From an uncultured Chloroflexia bacterium (lineage in GTDB: Bacteria > Chloroflexota > Limnocylindria > Limnocylindrales > CSP1-4), in assembly GCA_963813225.1 (NCBI GenBank), contig CAWEYB010000001.1, positions 872,652-936,651 of the forward strand: a stretch of DNA of 64,000 nucleotides. The letters are read 5' to 3'. A program made the position numbers and the translations under genes. This document shows, one piece after another, positions 48,280 to 57,597 of this stretch. The notes beneath the pieces are model-generated. The model had not been told where the DNA came from. It saw nothing but the letters and a program-made list of their open reading frames with translations, and did no database searches. The number at the start of each line of letters is the position of its first letter. Positions within the stretch are counted from its first letter, which is position 1.

Positions 48280-48840
48280 GTGACATTCGCCGACTTCCGC
48301 GACTACCTTCGTGACTTCGCCTGGTTCTGGCCCGGTGTGGCGATCACGATCGTGCTCGGGATCGCGCTCAGCCCGCGTGCCGCCAGGGCCCTCAAGGTCG
48401 GCTGGCCGGTCGCGCTGATCCTGATCCTGGGCTTCGGCCTCATCGTGTCGGCCACGCTGACCCCCAGTCGCGAGGCGGTGCGCTTCGGCGCCGTCGGGAC
48501 GGGCACCTGCGATCTCGGACGGATCGGCATCGCCTCCATCCGGGAGGTCCTCGACATGGGCGACCCGACCTTCAACATCCTCCTGTACGTCCCACTCGGG
48601 TTCGCGATCGGTCTTTTCCCATCGTCACGCCGAAAGGTCGCGCTGATCGTGGCGGCCATCGCGCTCCCGTTCGTGATCGAGACGATCCAGCTCGTCGCGA
48701 TCAGCCTCGATCGAGCGTGTCAGAGCGCGGACGTCTCGGACAATCTGACCGGGCTCGTGGTCGGGTTGGTCCTCGGTGTCGTGACGGGCCGACTGGCCGG
48801 ATCCGCGCCTGATCGCGAGGACGAGGAAACGGGGTCCTGA
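48280..48840 (+). CDS. VanZ-like membrane protein
   Basis: 186 aa with four hydrophobic segments. NILLYVPLGFAIG and ETIQL...SADVSDNLTGLVVG are typical VanZ patterns. Confidence 0.6.
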   Translation: MTFADFRDYLRDFAWFWPGVAITIVLGIALSPRAARALKVGWPVALILILGFGLIVSATLTPSREAVRFGAVGTGTCDLGRIGIASIREVLDMGDPTFNILLYVPLGFAIGLFPSSRRKVALIVAAIALPFVIETIQLVAISLDRACQSADVSDNLTGLVVGLVLGVVTGRLAGSAPDREDEETGS

Positions 48841-48905
48841 GGCCGTCCTCCGGATCGGCCACCGGCGAGGCGACGTGCCCGCAAGGTGACCGCTACCCTC
48901 AGCGG

Positions 48906-50033
48906 ATGCGGATCCTGAGTGTCGTCGGGACACGTCCACAGCTCATCAAGGCGGCGGCGCTGTCGCCGGTCCTCCGTTCCCGCCACGAGGAGATCTTCGT
49001 GGACACGGGACAGCACTACGACGAGGCGATGGCGGGCACGTTCTTCACCGAGCTCGACCTCGCCAAGCCGGACCATGCGCTCGGCATCGGCGGCGGATCA
49101 CACGCGCAGCAGACCGGCGCGATGCTGAGCGCGCTCGCCCCGATCATCGAGGACGTGCGGCCGGACGCGGTCCTCGTCTACGGCGACACGAATTCGACGC
49201 TGGCGGGCGCATTGGCCGCGGCCAAGCTCGGCGTGCCGGTCGCCCATGTCGAGGCCGGTCTTCGGTCATTCGACCGGCGGATGCCCGAGGAGATCAACCG
49301 GGTCGTCGCCGACCACCTGTCGCACTGGCTGTTCGTCCCGACGCAGGCGGCGGTCGACAATCTCGCGGCAGAAGGCATCGTCGATGGGGTCGAGCTGGTC
49401 GGCGACCTCATGCAGGACCTGGCGGCCCGGATCGCGCCGCTCGTCCGCGACCCCGCCGCGCTCCAGGCCGTCCCGCTCCGGGACATGGACCTCGCGCCGG
49501 GTCGCTACCTGTTCGCGACGATCCATCGCGCCGAGAATCGATCGCCGGAGGCGATCCGAGCGTGGGTCGGACTCCTCAGGGCGGTCGCCAGCCCGGACCG
49601 GCCCGTCGTCCTCGCGCTCCATCCGGGGACGCGTGCGGCGCTCGAGACATCGGGCGCCGACCTGGGAGAGGACGTCCTCGTCATCGAACCGCTCGGCTAC
49701 CGGTCATCTCTGACCATGCAGCTGCATGCTGCCGCGGTGCTGACCGATTCGGGCGGCGTCCAGCGCGAGGCCAGCTGGCTCGGCGTCCCGTGCCTCGTCC
49801 TGCGCTCGACGACGGAGTGGCCGGAGCTGGTCCTCGCGTCGGGCGGGCGGATGTCGCTGGTCGGGCTCGATGCCGGCCGCGCGCGTGACGAGCTTCGGCG
49901 GTGGGCGCCGTTCGCGGAGGGACCCGGCCTGGCAGCTGACCGGGCCAGATCCCTGGCGATCCCGGACGCGGGCGCGGCTGTCGCCATCACGGCCCGACTG
50001 GCTGCATCGGAGACGACCGATCAGGACCGCTGA
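48906..50033 (+). CDS. wecB: UDP-N-acetylglucosamine 2-epimerase (non-hydrolysing)
   Basis: 375 aa. MRILSVVGTRPQLIKAA, VYGDTNSTLAGALAAAK, HVEAGLRSFDRRMPEEINR. Confidence 0.9.
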   Translation: MRILSVVGTRPQLIKAAALSPVLRSRHEEIFVDTGQHYDEAMAGTFFTELDLAKPDHALGIGGGSHAQQTGAMLSALAPIIEDVRPDAVLVYGDTNSTLAGALAAAKLGVPVAHVEAGLRSFDRRMPEEINRVVADHLSHWLFVPTQAAVDNLAAEGIVDGVELVGDLMQDLAARIAPLVRDPAALQAVPLRDMDLAPGRYLFATIHRAENRSPEAIRAWVGLLRAVASPDRPVVLALHPGTRAALETSGADLGEDVLVIEPLGYRSSLTMQLHAAAVLTDSGGVQREASWLGVPCLVLRSTTEWPELVLASGGRMSLVGLDAGRARDELRRWAPFAEGPGLAADRARSLAIPDAGAAVAITARLAASETTDQDR

Positions 50034-50445
50034 CCGTTGATCGGATGGTGCGTCCAAGCACCTCGATCCGTCGAGTCGATAGCCGAAAGTACTAGGCAGC
50101 CGGGGTGCTTTCGGCTAACCTAACGGCCCGCAGTCTTTTTCATGCGGGTGAAGTTTTCGACGGCATTCATCGGCCGTCACCCAGTCACATCCAGTCCACA
50201 TTTTCGCATCATCCAAACCTTCGACAGCAAGCCTTTCGTCGACAGGCCGATCGCACCCACCTTTCCTTCCGGGGCGGCCAAGCGAAACGGGCTCACTGGT
50301 GTGGCGACGGTGATCGCAGGGGGCACCATTGGCGGTCCAGAGTTCGACCCAGGGTCGACATCTTCCCGACTCCGCGTCAGATGCCGCCGTCGACGGCGCT
50401 CGCCTCGATCAGCGACACCCGACGGTCCGGGGCTGGTGGGCGTCC

Positions 50446-52465
50446 GTGCGGTCGGGAGCACCCATCACCGATCGGCTGCGGTCCAGGCACCTCGTGGTCA
50501 TCGACGTGGTCGGCTTCGCCTTCGCGTCGTTCCTGGCCCTGGCATTCCGGTTCGACGGCGAGGTCGCGGCCCAGCGCTTCGTCGGGTACGCGCCGATCAT
50601 CGCGATCCTGGTGCTCGCCCGCATCGTCACCGGCATCAGGGGCGGGCTGTACAACCGGGGCTGGCGGATGGCCAGCGTCCCCGAGCTCGAACGGATCCTC
50701 ATCGGTGTCGTCGCCGGGTCGCTCTTGGCGGCAGCTGTCGTGTACCCCCTCGGCTGGGCGCAGGCGGCGTATTTCCACGGTCCGACCGTCATGGATGGCT
50801 TCCCGCGATCGTTCTGGATCTCCGAGCTCTTGGTCAGCCTGGCTGTCCTTGGCGGTGTCCGGTTCGCCATCCGCGCCGCGGCCGAGCGCGAGTATCAGCC
50901 GGGCGCCTCGCTCGCGAACGTGCGGCGGACGCTGCTCTATGGCGCGGGCGAGACCGGCCACGTCATCGCCCGCTCGGCTCTGAGGAACCCGGACGCCGGC
51001 GTCCTCCCGGTCGGTTATCTCGATGACGACCCGGAGCTCGAAGGCAAGCACATGGGCAATCTCCGGGTGTTCGGGGACGTCGAAGCGATGGAACGTGCCG
51101 TCGAGGCCACGGGCGCAGAAGCGCTGCTGATCACGATGCCGCGAGCCAGCGGGAAGGCGGTCCGTCGCGTCGTGGATGCGGCCATGGCCCTCGGTCTGGC
51201 GGTGCGCACGGTGCCGTCCATCAACGACCTGCTCGACGGGACGCTCGACGCGCACCGGGTCCGGTCCGTCCAGGTCGATGACCTCCTCCGCCGGCCACCG
51301 GCCACAGACCATGCCGCGGCCGTCAGGGAGATCATCGAAGGTCGCACGGTCCTCATCACGGGCGCGGGCGGATCGATCGGATCCGAGCTCGCACGGCAGG
51401 TGCATGCGCTCGGCCCGAGCCGGCTGGTGCTGGTGGATCGTGCTGAAAGCCCGCTCTACATGATCCAGCGGGCGCTCGAGACGCGGAACGAGCATGGGCT
51501 GGGTGGCGGTGACGTGCGCGCGCACCTGGTCAACGTGGCCAGCCGGCCGGCGATCGACCGCCTCATCGCCCTCGAGCGACCGGACGTCATCTTCCACGCC
51601 GCGGCCTACAAGCACGTCCCGATGATGGAGGACCACCCGTCGGACGCGGTCCACGTCAACATGGGCGGGACCCTCGCCCTGCTCGAGGCGAGCATCGCCG
51701 CCGATGTGGAGCGGTTCGTGCTCGTCTCGACCGACAAGGCGGTCCGGCCGTCGAGCGTCATGGGCGCCAGCAAGCGGGTCGCCGAGATGCTCGTGGCCGA
51801 TGCGGCGAGTCGGACGGGCCGGCCGTACGTCGCGGTCCGCTTCGGGAACGTGCTCGGGTCGACCGGCAGCGTCGTGCCGATCTTCCAGGAGCAGCTCGAG
51901 AAGAGCGAGCCGCTGACCATCACCCACCCCGACATGACCCGGTTCTTCATGACCATCCCCGAGGCGACCTGGCTGATCCTCGACGCAGCCGCCGTCGGCA
52001 AGAGCGGAGACCTGTTCGTGCTCGAGATGGGCGAGCCGGTCAAGATCATGGATCTGGCCCACGACCTCGTCCGGCTGTCGGGTCGCGACCCGGAGACGCA
52101 GCCGATGCGCGTGGTCGGCCTGCGCCCGGGCGAGAAGCTGCACGAAGTCCTGTTCTACGACGAGGAGGACGTGCAACCGACCGAGGTCGCGAAGCTGCTC
52201 CGCGCAGTGGCCGAGCCACCGCCCGTCACGGTGCGTGCCGACGTGAAGACTCTCCTGGCGATGGCGACCGGTGGCGACGAGACCGCGCTCCGTCTGGCCC
52301 TGATGGCCTACGTCACCGGGATGGGCGTCCCGCAGGCACATGGAACGATGGACGTGTCGCAGGAGCATCGCCGACGCCGACCGGGACATCCCCCCGCTGG
52401 TCGCCGTCCCGATGTTCGATACGGCGGCCACCCCCGCATCCGAGGCGTCGATCCTCATCGGTTGA
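50446..52465 (+). pseudogene. membrane-bound NDP-sugar 4,6-dehydratase (CapD/PglF/WbpM-like); +1 frameshift in the last ~40 codons (52302-52366)
   Basis: GTG 50446 (alternative ATG 50329). N-terminal TM helices, VLITGAGGSIGSEL, AAYKHVPMME, VSTDKAVRPSSVMGASKRVAE. The as-sequenced tail is Arg-rich junk running to 52623. Frame +1 gives IADADRDIPPLVAVPMFDTAATPASEASILIG* with TGA at 52463-52465. Confidence 0.8.
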
Positions 52466-52583
52466 GCAGGACGATCCCGACGATCGCGACGACCAGGATG
52501 ATCAGGATCAGCGCCACGACCTCGGGGCCGAGGATCCGTCCGATCCGCTCGCCGACGGATGGTCCGTCCTGTCCGTCGGTCAT
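52455..52583 (-). CDS. 42-aa single-TM micro-protein (hypothetical)
   Basis: MTDGQDGPSVGERIGRILGPEVVALILIILVVAIVGIVLLNR. Its ATG overlaps the stop of the upstream gene (ATGA at 52580-52583). It is not in the supplied track because it is under 60 aa. Confidence 0.4.
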   Translation of the reverse strand: MTDGQDGPSVGERIGRILGPEVVALILIILVVAIVGIVLLNR

Positions 52584-53422
52584 GGTCGTGCAGGCGCTTC
52601 AGCTGCCTCGGCGATCGACCTGACGAGCGCCTCGAGCGACATCCCGGCCACGGCCCGGAACGCCAGGAACGTTCCGAGCTTGCGGTCCGGCACGGTCAGC
52701 AACAGGTTTCCCTGTGAGATCGAGGCCAGGATCCCGGCGATCGGACGCTCGAACGCGGTGACCGACGGATCGTGCGGTCCGACGAGGCGGAGCCGATCAT
52801 CGTCGATGACGAAGCCGTAGCGCCCACCGACCTCCAGGCCGGACGAGCCCGAGAGATAGACCGCCGTCGCCAGGACCGGGGCGGGATCCGGGTTCGTGGT
52901 CGGCCGAGCTTCCCGCACCTTGCGGCGCGATGCGGCCGGCTTCGTCTCGGCGGGCCGGGTCTCGGCTGGCGCGGTCGGTCGGGTCTCGGCGGGCGGCGCG
53001 GTCGACGCGGCTGGCGCGGCCGGTCGGGTGTCGGTGGGTCGGGTCTCTGCCGGCGCGGCCGGTCGGGTCTCCGCGGGTCGGATCTCGGCGGCTGCCCCGC
53101 TTCGGGACTCGGCGCGTCGTCGGACGGCGGCGACCGGGGCGATGGTCGCGAGCTCGGACAGGGCGGGCGGCGGCACATGCATCGGGGCGGGCGTCACGGG
53201 TCCGGAGCCGTTGACGGGGAGGTGCGGGACGTCCGGCGACCGCGGGGGCTGCCCAGTGTCCGCCGTGGCCCGTTGCGCACGCCTCAGGTAGCGGGTGTCG
53301 GCGCCGCACCACCAGCAGGTCATGCTCCACCCGCGCGTCGGCTCCAGGCAGGTCCGACACCATGCCGGAGGCGCCCGATGGAGCAGGAGCAGGGCAACGG
53401 GTCCGAGGATGGCGCCGAACAC
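52580..53422 (-). CDS. zinc-ribbon protein with PAETR repeat linker and C-terminal globular domain (hypothetical); probably extends to ATG 53561
   Basis: CRTCLEPTRGWSMTCWWCG (CxxC...CxxC). Repeats AETRPAAPAETRPTDTRPAAP...AETRPTAPAETRPAETKP. A TM helix LIPILIAIVVLAAYAVGFGLA is encoded in frame just upstream of GTG 53422 but has no start codon. Removing one base from the run at 53526-53528 joins it to ATG 53561. Confidence 0.55.
   Translation of the reverse strand: MFGAILGPVALLLLHRAPPAWCRTCLEPTRGWSMTCWWCGADTRYLRRAQRATADTGQPPRSPDVPHLPVNGSGPVTPAPMHVPPPALSELATIAPVAAVRRRAESRSGAAAEIRPAETRPAAPAETRPTDTRPAAPAASTAPPAETRPTAPAETRPAETKPAASRRKVREARPTTNPDPAPVLATAVYLSGSSGLEVGGRYGFVIDDDRLRLVGPHDPSVTAFERPIAGILASISQGNLLLTVPDRKLGTFLAFRAVAGMSLEALVRSIAEAAEAPARP
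52940..53100 (-). repeat. imperfect ~24-nt tandem coding repeats (cgggtctcggc...ggcgcggYcggt) encoding the PAETR linker
   Basis: At least four copies of cgggtctc[gt]gc are visible on the plus strand at about 52956, 52980, 53040 and 53064. They are in frame within CDS 52580..53422. Confidence 0.5.
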
Positions 53423-53529
53423 GAACCAGACGCGCTCATCCCTGTCGAGCCTGCCGGCCGCTCGCGCCGAAGCCAGCCCGAACCCGACGGCATAGGCGGC
53501 CAGGACGACGATGGCGATGAGGATCGGGA

Positions 53530-54261
53530 TCAGTCGACCGTCCCCCCGGGCTCGGGTGCATGGACCTCGACGTCCCCGAGGCCGCGCGCGGCGAGCTCCG
53601 CCCGCAGCTGATCGGGCGTGCCGGCCAGCGCCGGGAACGTGCCGTAGTGGATCGGCATCACGTGCTTGACGCCGAGCAGCTCGACCGCCAGCGCCGCTTC
53701 GCGCGGTCCCATCGTGTAGTGGCCGCCGATCGGCAGCAGCGCGATGTCCGGCCGGTAGAGCTCGCCGATCAGCCGCATGTCGCCGAACACGTTGGTGTCG
53801 CCCGCATGGTAGAAGCGGAAGCCGTTCTCGACCTCGACCACGAAGCCGGCCGGCTCGCCGAGGTACAGCGTCGTCTCGCCGCCGCCGTTCCAGTCACCGG
53901 CCGAATGGTCGGCGTGGACCATGGTGACCTTGAGCCCGGCCACCTCGACGGTCCCGCCCTTGTTCATCCCGATCGTCGCGTCGGCGCCGCCGGGCAGCGT
54001 CCGCGACAGCCACAGGCTCAGCTCGTGGATGCACGGCCAGGCCGGGTGCAGGCGGCTCGCCAGCGCGACGCCGTTCCCGAGGTGGTCGCCGTGGCCGTGG
54101 GTCACCAGCAGGACGTCGCAGGCGTCGACCGCGTCGGCGGACTTGGTGCTCCGCGGGTTGCCGAACCATGGATCGAACAGGACGGTCTTGCCGCCGGGCG
54201 TCCGGACCTCGACGCACGCATGGCCGTACCACGTGAACGTGGTGTCGCGACCGAGACTCAT
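53530..54261 (-). CDS. metal-dependent hydrolase, UPF0173/MBL-fold
   Basis: ATG 54261 is preceded by GGAGG at 9 nt. MSLGRDTTFTWYGHACVEV...LLVTHGHGDHLG...YHAGDT...PIHYGTFP. Confidence 0.85.
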   Translation of the reverse strand: MSLGRDTTFTWYGHACVEVRTPGGKTVLFDPWFGNPRSTKSADAVDACDVLLVTHGHGDHLGNGVALASRLHPAWPCIHELSLWLSRTLPGGADATIGMNKGGTVEVAGLKVTMVHADHSAGDWNGGGETTLYLGEPAGFVVEVENGFRFYHAGDTNVFGDMRLIGELYRPDIALLPIGGHYTMGPREAALAVELLGVKHVMPIHYGTFPALAGTPDQLRAELAARGLGDVEVHAPEPGGTVD

Positions 54262-54308
54262 GATGTGCACCTCCGGGGTCGATGCTACAACGCCGCTACA
54301 CTCGGGCC

Positions 54309-55149
54309 GTGGCTGCGACCCAGATCGGCGAGAACCTCGCCTTCGTCAACTGGACCGTCCTGACCGGGCTCGCGCTCGGCTTGTTCGCGGCCGTGGTCAT
54401 GCTCCGGCGGCGGACGAGCGCCACCCCGGGCTACCTGCGCTTCGCGACGCTGTGCGCGGTCGGCTTCGGGATCCTCGCCTGGATCTCCGACGGGGCGCTG
54501 CCCTCGTCGCTCGGGACTTCGCCGGTCGTCGTCGACCCGGCATGGGACGCGCCCAGGCGTGCCGCCCTCGCCCTGTTCTGCATCTTCGTCGCGGGCGGCT
54601 TCGTGGCCCGCCGGATCGAGCCGCGGGCCGCCACCGTGCTCGAGGTCGGAGGCCTGGCCGCGGCCGTGGCGACACTCGTGTTCGGGGCGCTCGCGTGGGG
54701 TGACGGCTCGCTCGGCGCGGTGCTCGCTCCTGGTCCAGCTGGCGGTCGTCAGCGCGGCCATCGGGGGCGTCTTCGCGGCGATGATCCTGGGCCACTGGTA
54801 CCTCGTCACCCCGAAGCTGCCCGAGGCGCCGCTCATCCTCCTGGCGCGGGCGCTGCTGATCGTCGTCGTCGTCCAGGTCGTGCTGTTCTGGGCGTGGATC
54901 GCGACCGGCGCCGGGCCTGCGGATGTCGCACCCTTCACCTCGCTGGTCGGACCGTGGGCGCTGTTCGTCTGGCTGCGGCTGATCGTCGGGCTCGTGTTCC
55001 CGCTGGTCATCTGCTGGGCGTCGGTCCAGACGGCGCGGACGCGCTCGATGGAATCGGCGACCGGCCTGCTGTACATCAACGTCGGGTCGATCGCGGCCGG
55101 GACGATCCTGGCCGCCGGCCTCTATTTCGGCGCCGGCCTCTTGGTGTGA
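54309..55149 (+). pseudogene. polytopic membrane protein of unknown function; +1 frameshift near 54729
   Basis: Frame 0 gives VAATQIGENLAFVNWTVLTGLALGLFAAVVML...LVFGALAWGDGSLGAVL. Frame 1 gives LVQLAVVSAAIGGVFAAMILGHWYLVTPKLPE...LYINVGSIAAGTILAAGLYFGAGLLV*. The listed 514-aa ORF 54282..55826 is an artificial fusion with the next gene. Confidence 0.6.
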
Positions 55150-55158
55150 GGGACGACG

Positions 55159-55826
55159 ATGAACAAGCACGGCACGGACTGGATCCCCGACGGCGTCGAC
55201 CTCGACTGGATCGAATCGCTGTCGACAGCCGCTCCCGGCGGCGCTCGCCGCCCTCGAGGCGGCCGGCCTCGAGAACCAGGATCCCGATCGTCGATCGCGC
55301 CTCCGGGCGCATCCTGTCGGTGCTGGCCGGGTCGCGCCGGCGCATCGTCGAGGTCGGCACGGCGTACGGCTACTCGACGCTCTGGATGGCGCTCGGCCAG
55401 CCCGCAGGCGGCACGATCGTGACCATCGACCCCGATCGCGCGCGCACCGACCTGGCGCGCGGCTGGTGGCGCGACGCGGGCATCGCCGATGAGCAGATCA
55501 CGGTCGTGAACGCACCGGCGTTCGATGCACTCGCGAGCGACCCGGCGCTGGCCGGCCCGTTCGACATGGCGTTCATCGATGCGCTCAAGCCCGAGTACGA
55601 GGGCTACCTCGCCCTCCTGGCCGACCGCCTCGACCCGGGCGCGCTCGTCGTCGCCGACAACGTTCTATGGGGCGGCCGCGCCTCGGGGAGCCGTCCGGTC
55701 GCCGACGGTGACGTCAACACAGCCGCTCTCAGGGCGTTCGATGCCGCCGTCCTGGCCGACCCGCGGCTGACCGCGACCATCCTGCCGGTCGGCGACGGTC
55801 TCCTCATCGGGACGTGGCACGGTTGA
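55159..55826 (+). pseudogene. class I SAM-dependent O-methyltransferase (caffeoyl-CoA OMT-like); two +1 frameshifts (55237, 55280)
   Basis: MNKHGTDWIPDGVDLDWIESLSTAAP, then AALAALEAAGLENQ, then IPIVDRASGRILSVLAGSRRRIVEVGTAYGYSTLWMA...AFIDALKPEYEGYL...VVADNVLWGG. Confidence 0.8.
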
Positions 55827-56635
55827 CCGACACGGACCGGGCCGTCGCCACGCCCATCCACGTCAGGGTCCGGCTGTTCGCCGTCCAGCGTGAGCTGGCC
55901 GGGACCCGTGAGGTCCCGCTCGAGCTGCCGGACGGCGCCGACGTCGAGGCGGCCTGGTCCGCGCTCGTGGCGCGCCACCCGGTCCTCGCTCCCGGCCGGG
56001 CATCGCTCCGGTTCGCGCGCAACGGAGACTACGCCGAGCCGACCACGGCGCTGGCCGACGGCGACGAGGTGGCGATGATCCCGCCCGTGTCGGGTGGGGC
56101 AGGGACCGATGGGGCCGGGACGGCCCCCGACGCCCCTCGCACGCACTGGATCCTCGAGATCCGCGACGAGCCGTTCACGAGCGCCATCCTGGCCGAGCTG
56201 GCCGACGTGCTGGCCAAGCCCGAGGACGGCGCGGTCGTCGGGTTCCTGGGCCGGACGCGATCGACACCGGGGACGCCCGCTCCGGGGCAGGAGGAGGAGG
56301 CGGCTCGCCATGCGGGTCGCGCGGTGGAGTCGCTCGATTACGAGGCGCATGAGGCGATGGCGCTCCGCACGCTGGCCACCATCGCCGACGAGATCGCCGT
56401 GCGGTTCGGCGTCGACCGGCTGGCGATCGTCCATCGGTCCGGCGAGGTGCCGCTCGGCGAGGCGTCGATCGCGGTCGTCGCCGTGGCGCCGCATCGCGAC
56501 GCGGCGTTCGATGCCGCCCGCTACGCCATCGACGAGACGAAGGCACGCGCACCGATCTGGAAGGCCGAGCGGTTCGCCGACGGACACGTCTGGATCGGCC
56601 ACCAGGCCCGTACGGGACCAGCGGAGGGGGGATGA
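55814..56635 (+). CDS. MoaD-MoaE fusion (MoaX-like molybdopterin synthase)
   Basis: The MoaD part, VRVRLFAVQRELAG...DGDEVAMIPPVSGG, ends with GG at nt 56093-56098. A Gly/Ala/Thr/Pro linker follows. The MoaE part reads GAVVGFLGRTR...LDYEAHEAMA...IVHRSGEVPLGEASIAVVAVAPHRDAAFDAARYAIDETKARAPIWKAE. Confidence 0.8.
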   Translation: MARLTDTDRAVATPIHVRVRLFAVQRELAGTREVPLELPDGADVEAAWSALVARHPVLAPGRASLRFARNGDYAEPTTALADGDEVAMIPPVSGGAGTDGAGTAPDAPRTHWILEIRDEPFTSAILAELADVLAKPEDGAVVGFLGRTRSTPGTPAPGQEEEAARHAGRAVESLDYEAHEAMALRTLATIADEIAVRFGVDRLAIVHRSGEVPLGEASIAVVAVAPHRDAAFDAARYAIDETKARAPIWKAERFADGHVWIGHQARTGPAEGG

Positions 56636-57477
56636 AGGTCTACATCAGCGTCGACATGGAGGGCGTCGCCGGGGTCAACCACCCGAACCCGACCGATTCG
56701 GCGCATGCCCGCTATCCGGCCGCGGTCGAGATGATGATCGACGAGACCAACGCGGCCATCGAGGGCGCGCTGACCGCCGGCGCAGAGGAGGTCCTCGTCA
56801 ACGACAGCCACGGCTCGATGTACAACCTGCTGCCGGCCAGGGTCCACCCGGCCGCGCGGGTGCTCCAGGGCCAGAAGCCATGGTCGATGGTCGAGGGAGC
56901 CGGACCTGATGCGGGCTTCGGCGTGGCGCTGTTCGTCGGCTATCACGCCCGGGCAGGTCACCCGCGCGGGACGCTCGCGCACACGTACTCGGGCACACCG
57001 GTCGAGACGCGACTCGACGGCCGCCCGACCGGCGAGTACGGCCTCAATGCGCTCGCGCTCGGGGCGTGGGGCGTGCCGGTCGGCCTGGTCACCGGCGACG
57101 ACGCGCTGGCCGAGGAGGTCGAGGCCTGGCTGCCGTGGGCCGAGCGGGTCGTCGTCAAGACGGCCGTCGGCGGCCATGCCGCGGCGTCGCTCCACCCGTC
57201 GGTCGCGGGCGATCTGATCAGGGCGGGAGCCGAGCGGGCCGTCCGTCGCGCGGCGGCCGGGGAGCTGGCGCTTCTCCGGGTCGGGCCGCCGGTCGTCATC
57301 GAGGTCGATTACCGGCGCGGCATCGAGGCCGACCTGGCGGCGATCGTCCCGGGTGCCGAGCGCGTCGGCGACCGCGGGGTCCGGTTCGTGTCGGACGATC
57401 CCCTGCTGGCCTATCGCGGGTTCCTGGCCGGGAATCGCCTGGCCGGGGTCGACCGAACGATGACGATCGCCGCGTGA
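56632..57477 (+). CDS. dppA: D-aminopeptidase, peptidase family M55
   Basis: ATGA overlap with the upstream stop. MKVYISVDMEGVAGVNHP...VNDSHGSMYNL...GYHARAG... Confidence 0.85.
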   Translation: MKVYISVDMEGVAGVNHPNPTDSAHARYPAAVEMMIDETNAAIEGALTAGAEEVLVNDSHGSMYNLLPARVHPAARVLQGQKPWSMVEGAGPDAGFGVALFVGYHARAGHPRGTLAHTYSGTPVETRLDGRPTGEYGLNALALGAWGVPVGLVTGDDALAEEVEAWLPWAERVVVKTAVGGHAAASLHPSVAGDLIRAGAERAVRRAAAGELALLRVGPPVVIEVDYRRGIEADLAAIVPGAERVGDRGVRFVSDDPLLAYRGFLAGNRLAGVDRTMTIAA

Positions 57478-57597
57478 CGGGGGACGTGACGCGGCGGCCG
57501 CGACGGCATACTTGCGCATGAGCTCCCGCGGGGAGGGTCTCGTCGGAGACCAGTGGAGGGATCTCGTGTCGACGCCACCGGCCGCCGGCCGCACCAG

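Noticed and set aside
33201-52465. The polysaccharide locus as a mobile genomic island
   Set aside because: It has lower GC, but I could find no integrase, transposase, flanking tRNA or direct repeats. Reduced GC is common for glycan loci, so mobility is unsupported.
54282-55826. 514-aa ORF suggesting a membrane protein-methyltransferase fusion
   Set aside because: The middle ~170 residues are Arg-rich junk. The true membrane protein continues in frame +1 to stop 55149. The methyltransferase has its own ATG at 55159 and needs two frame corrections.
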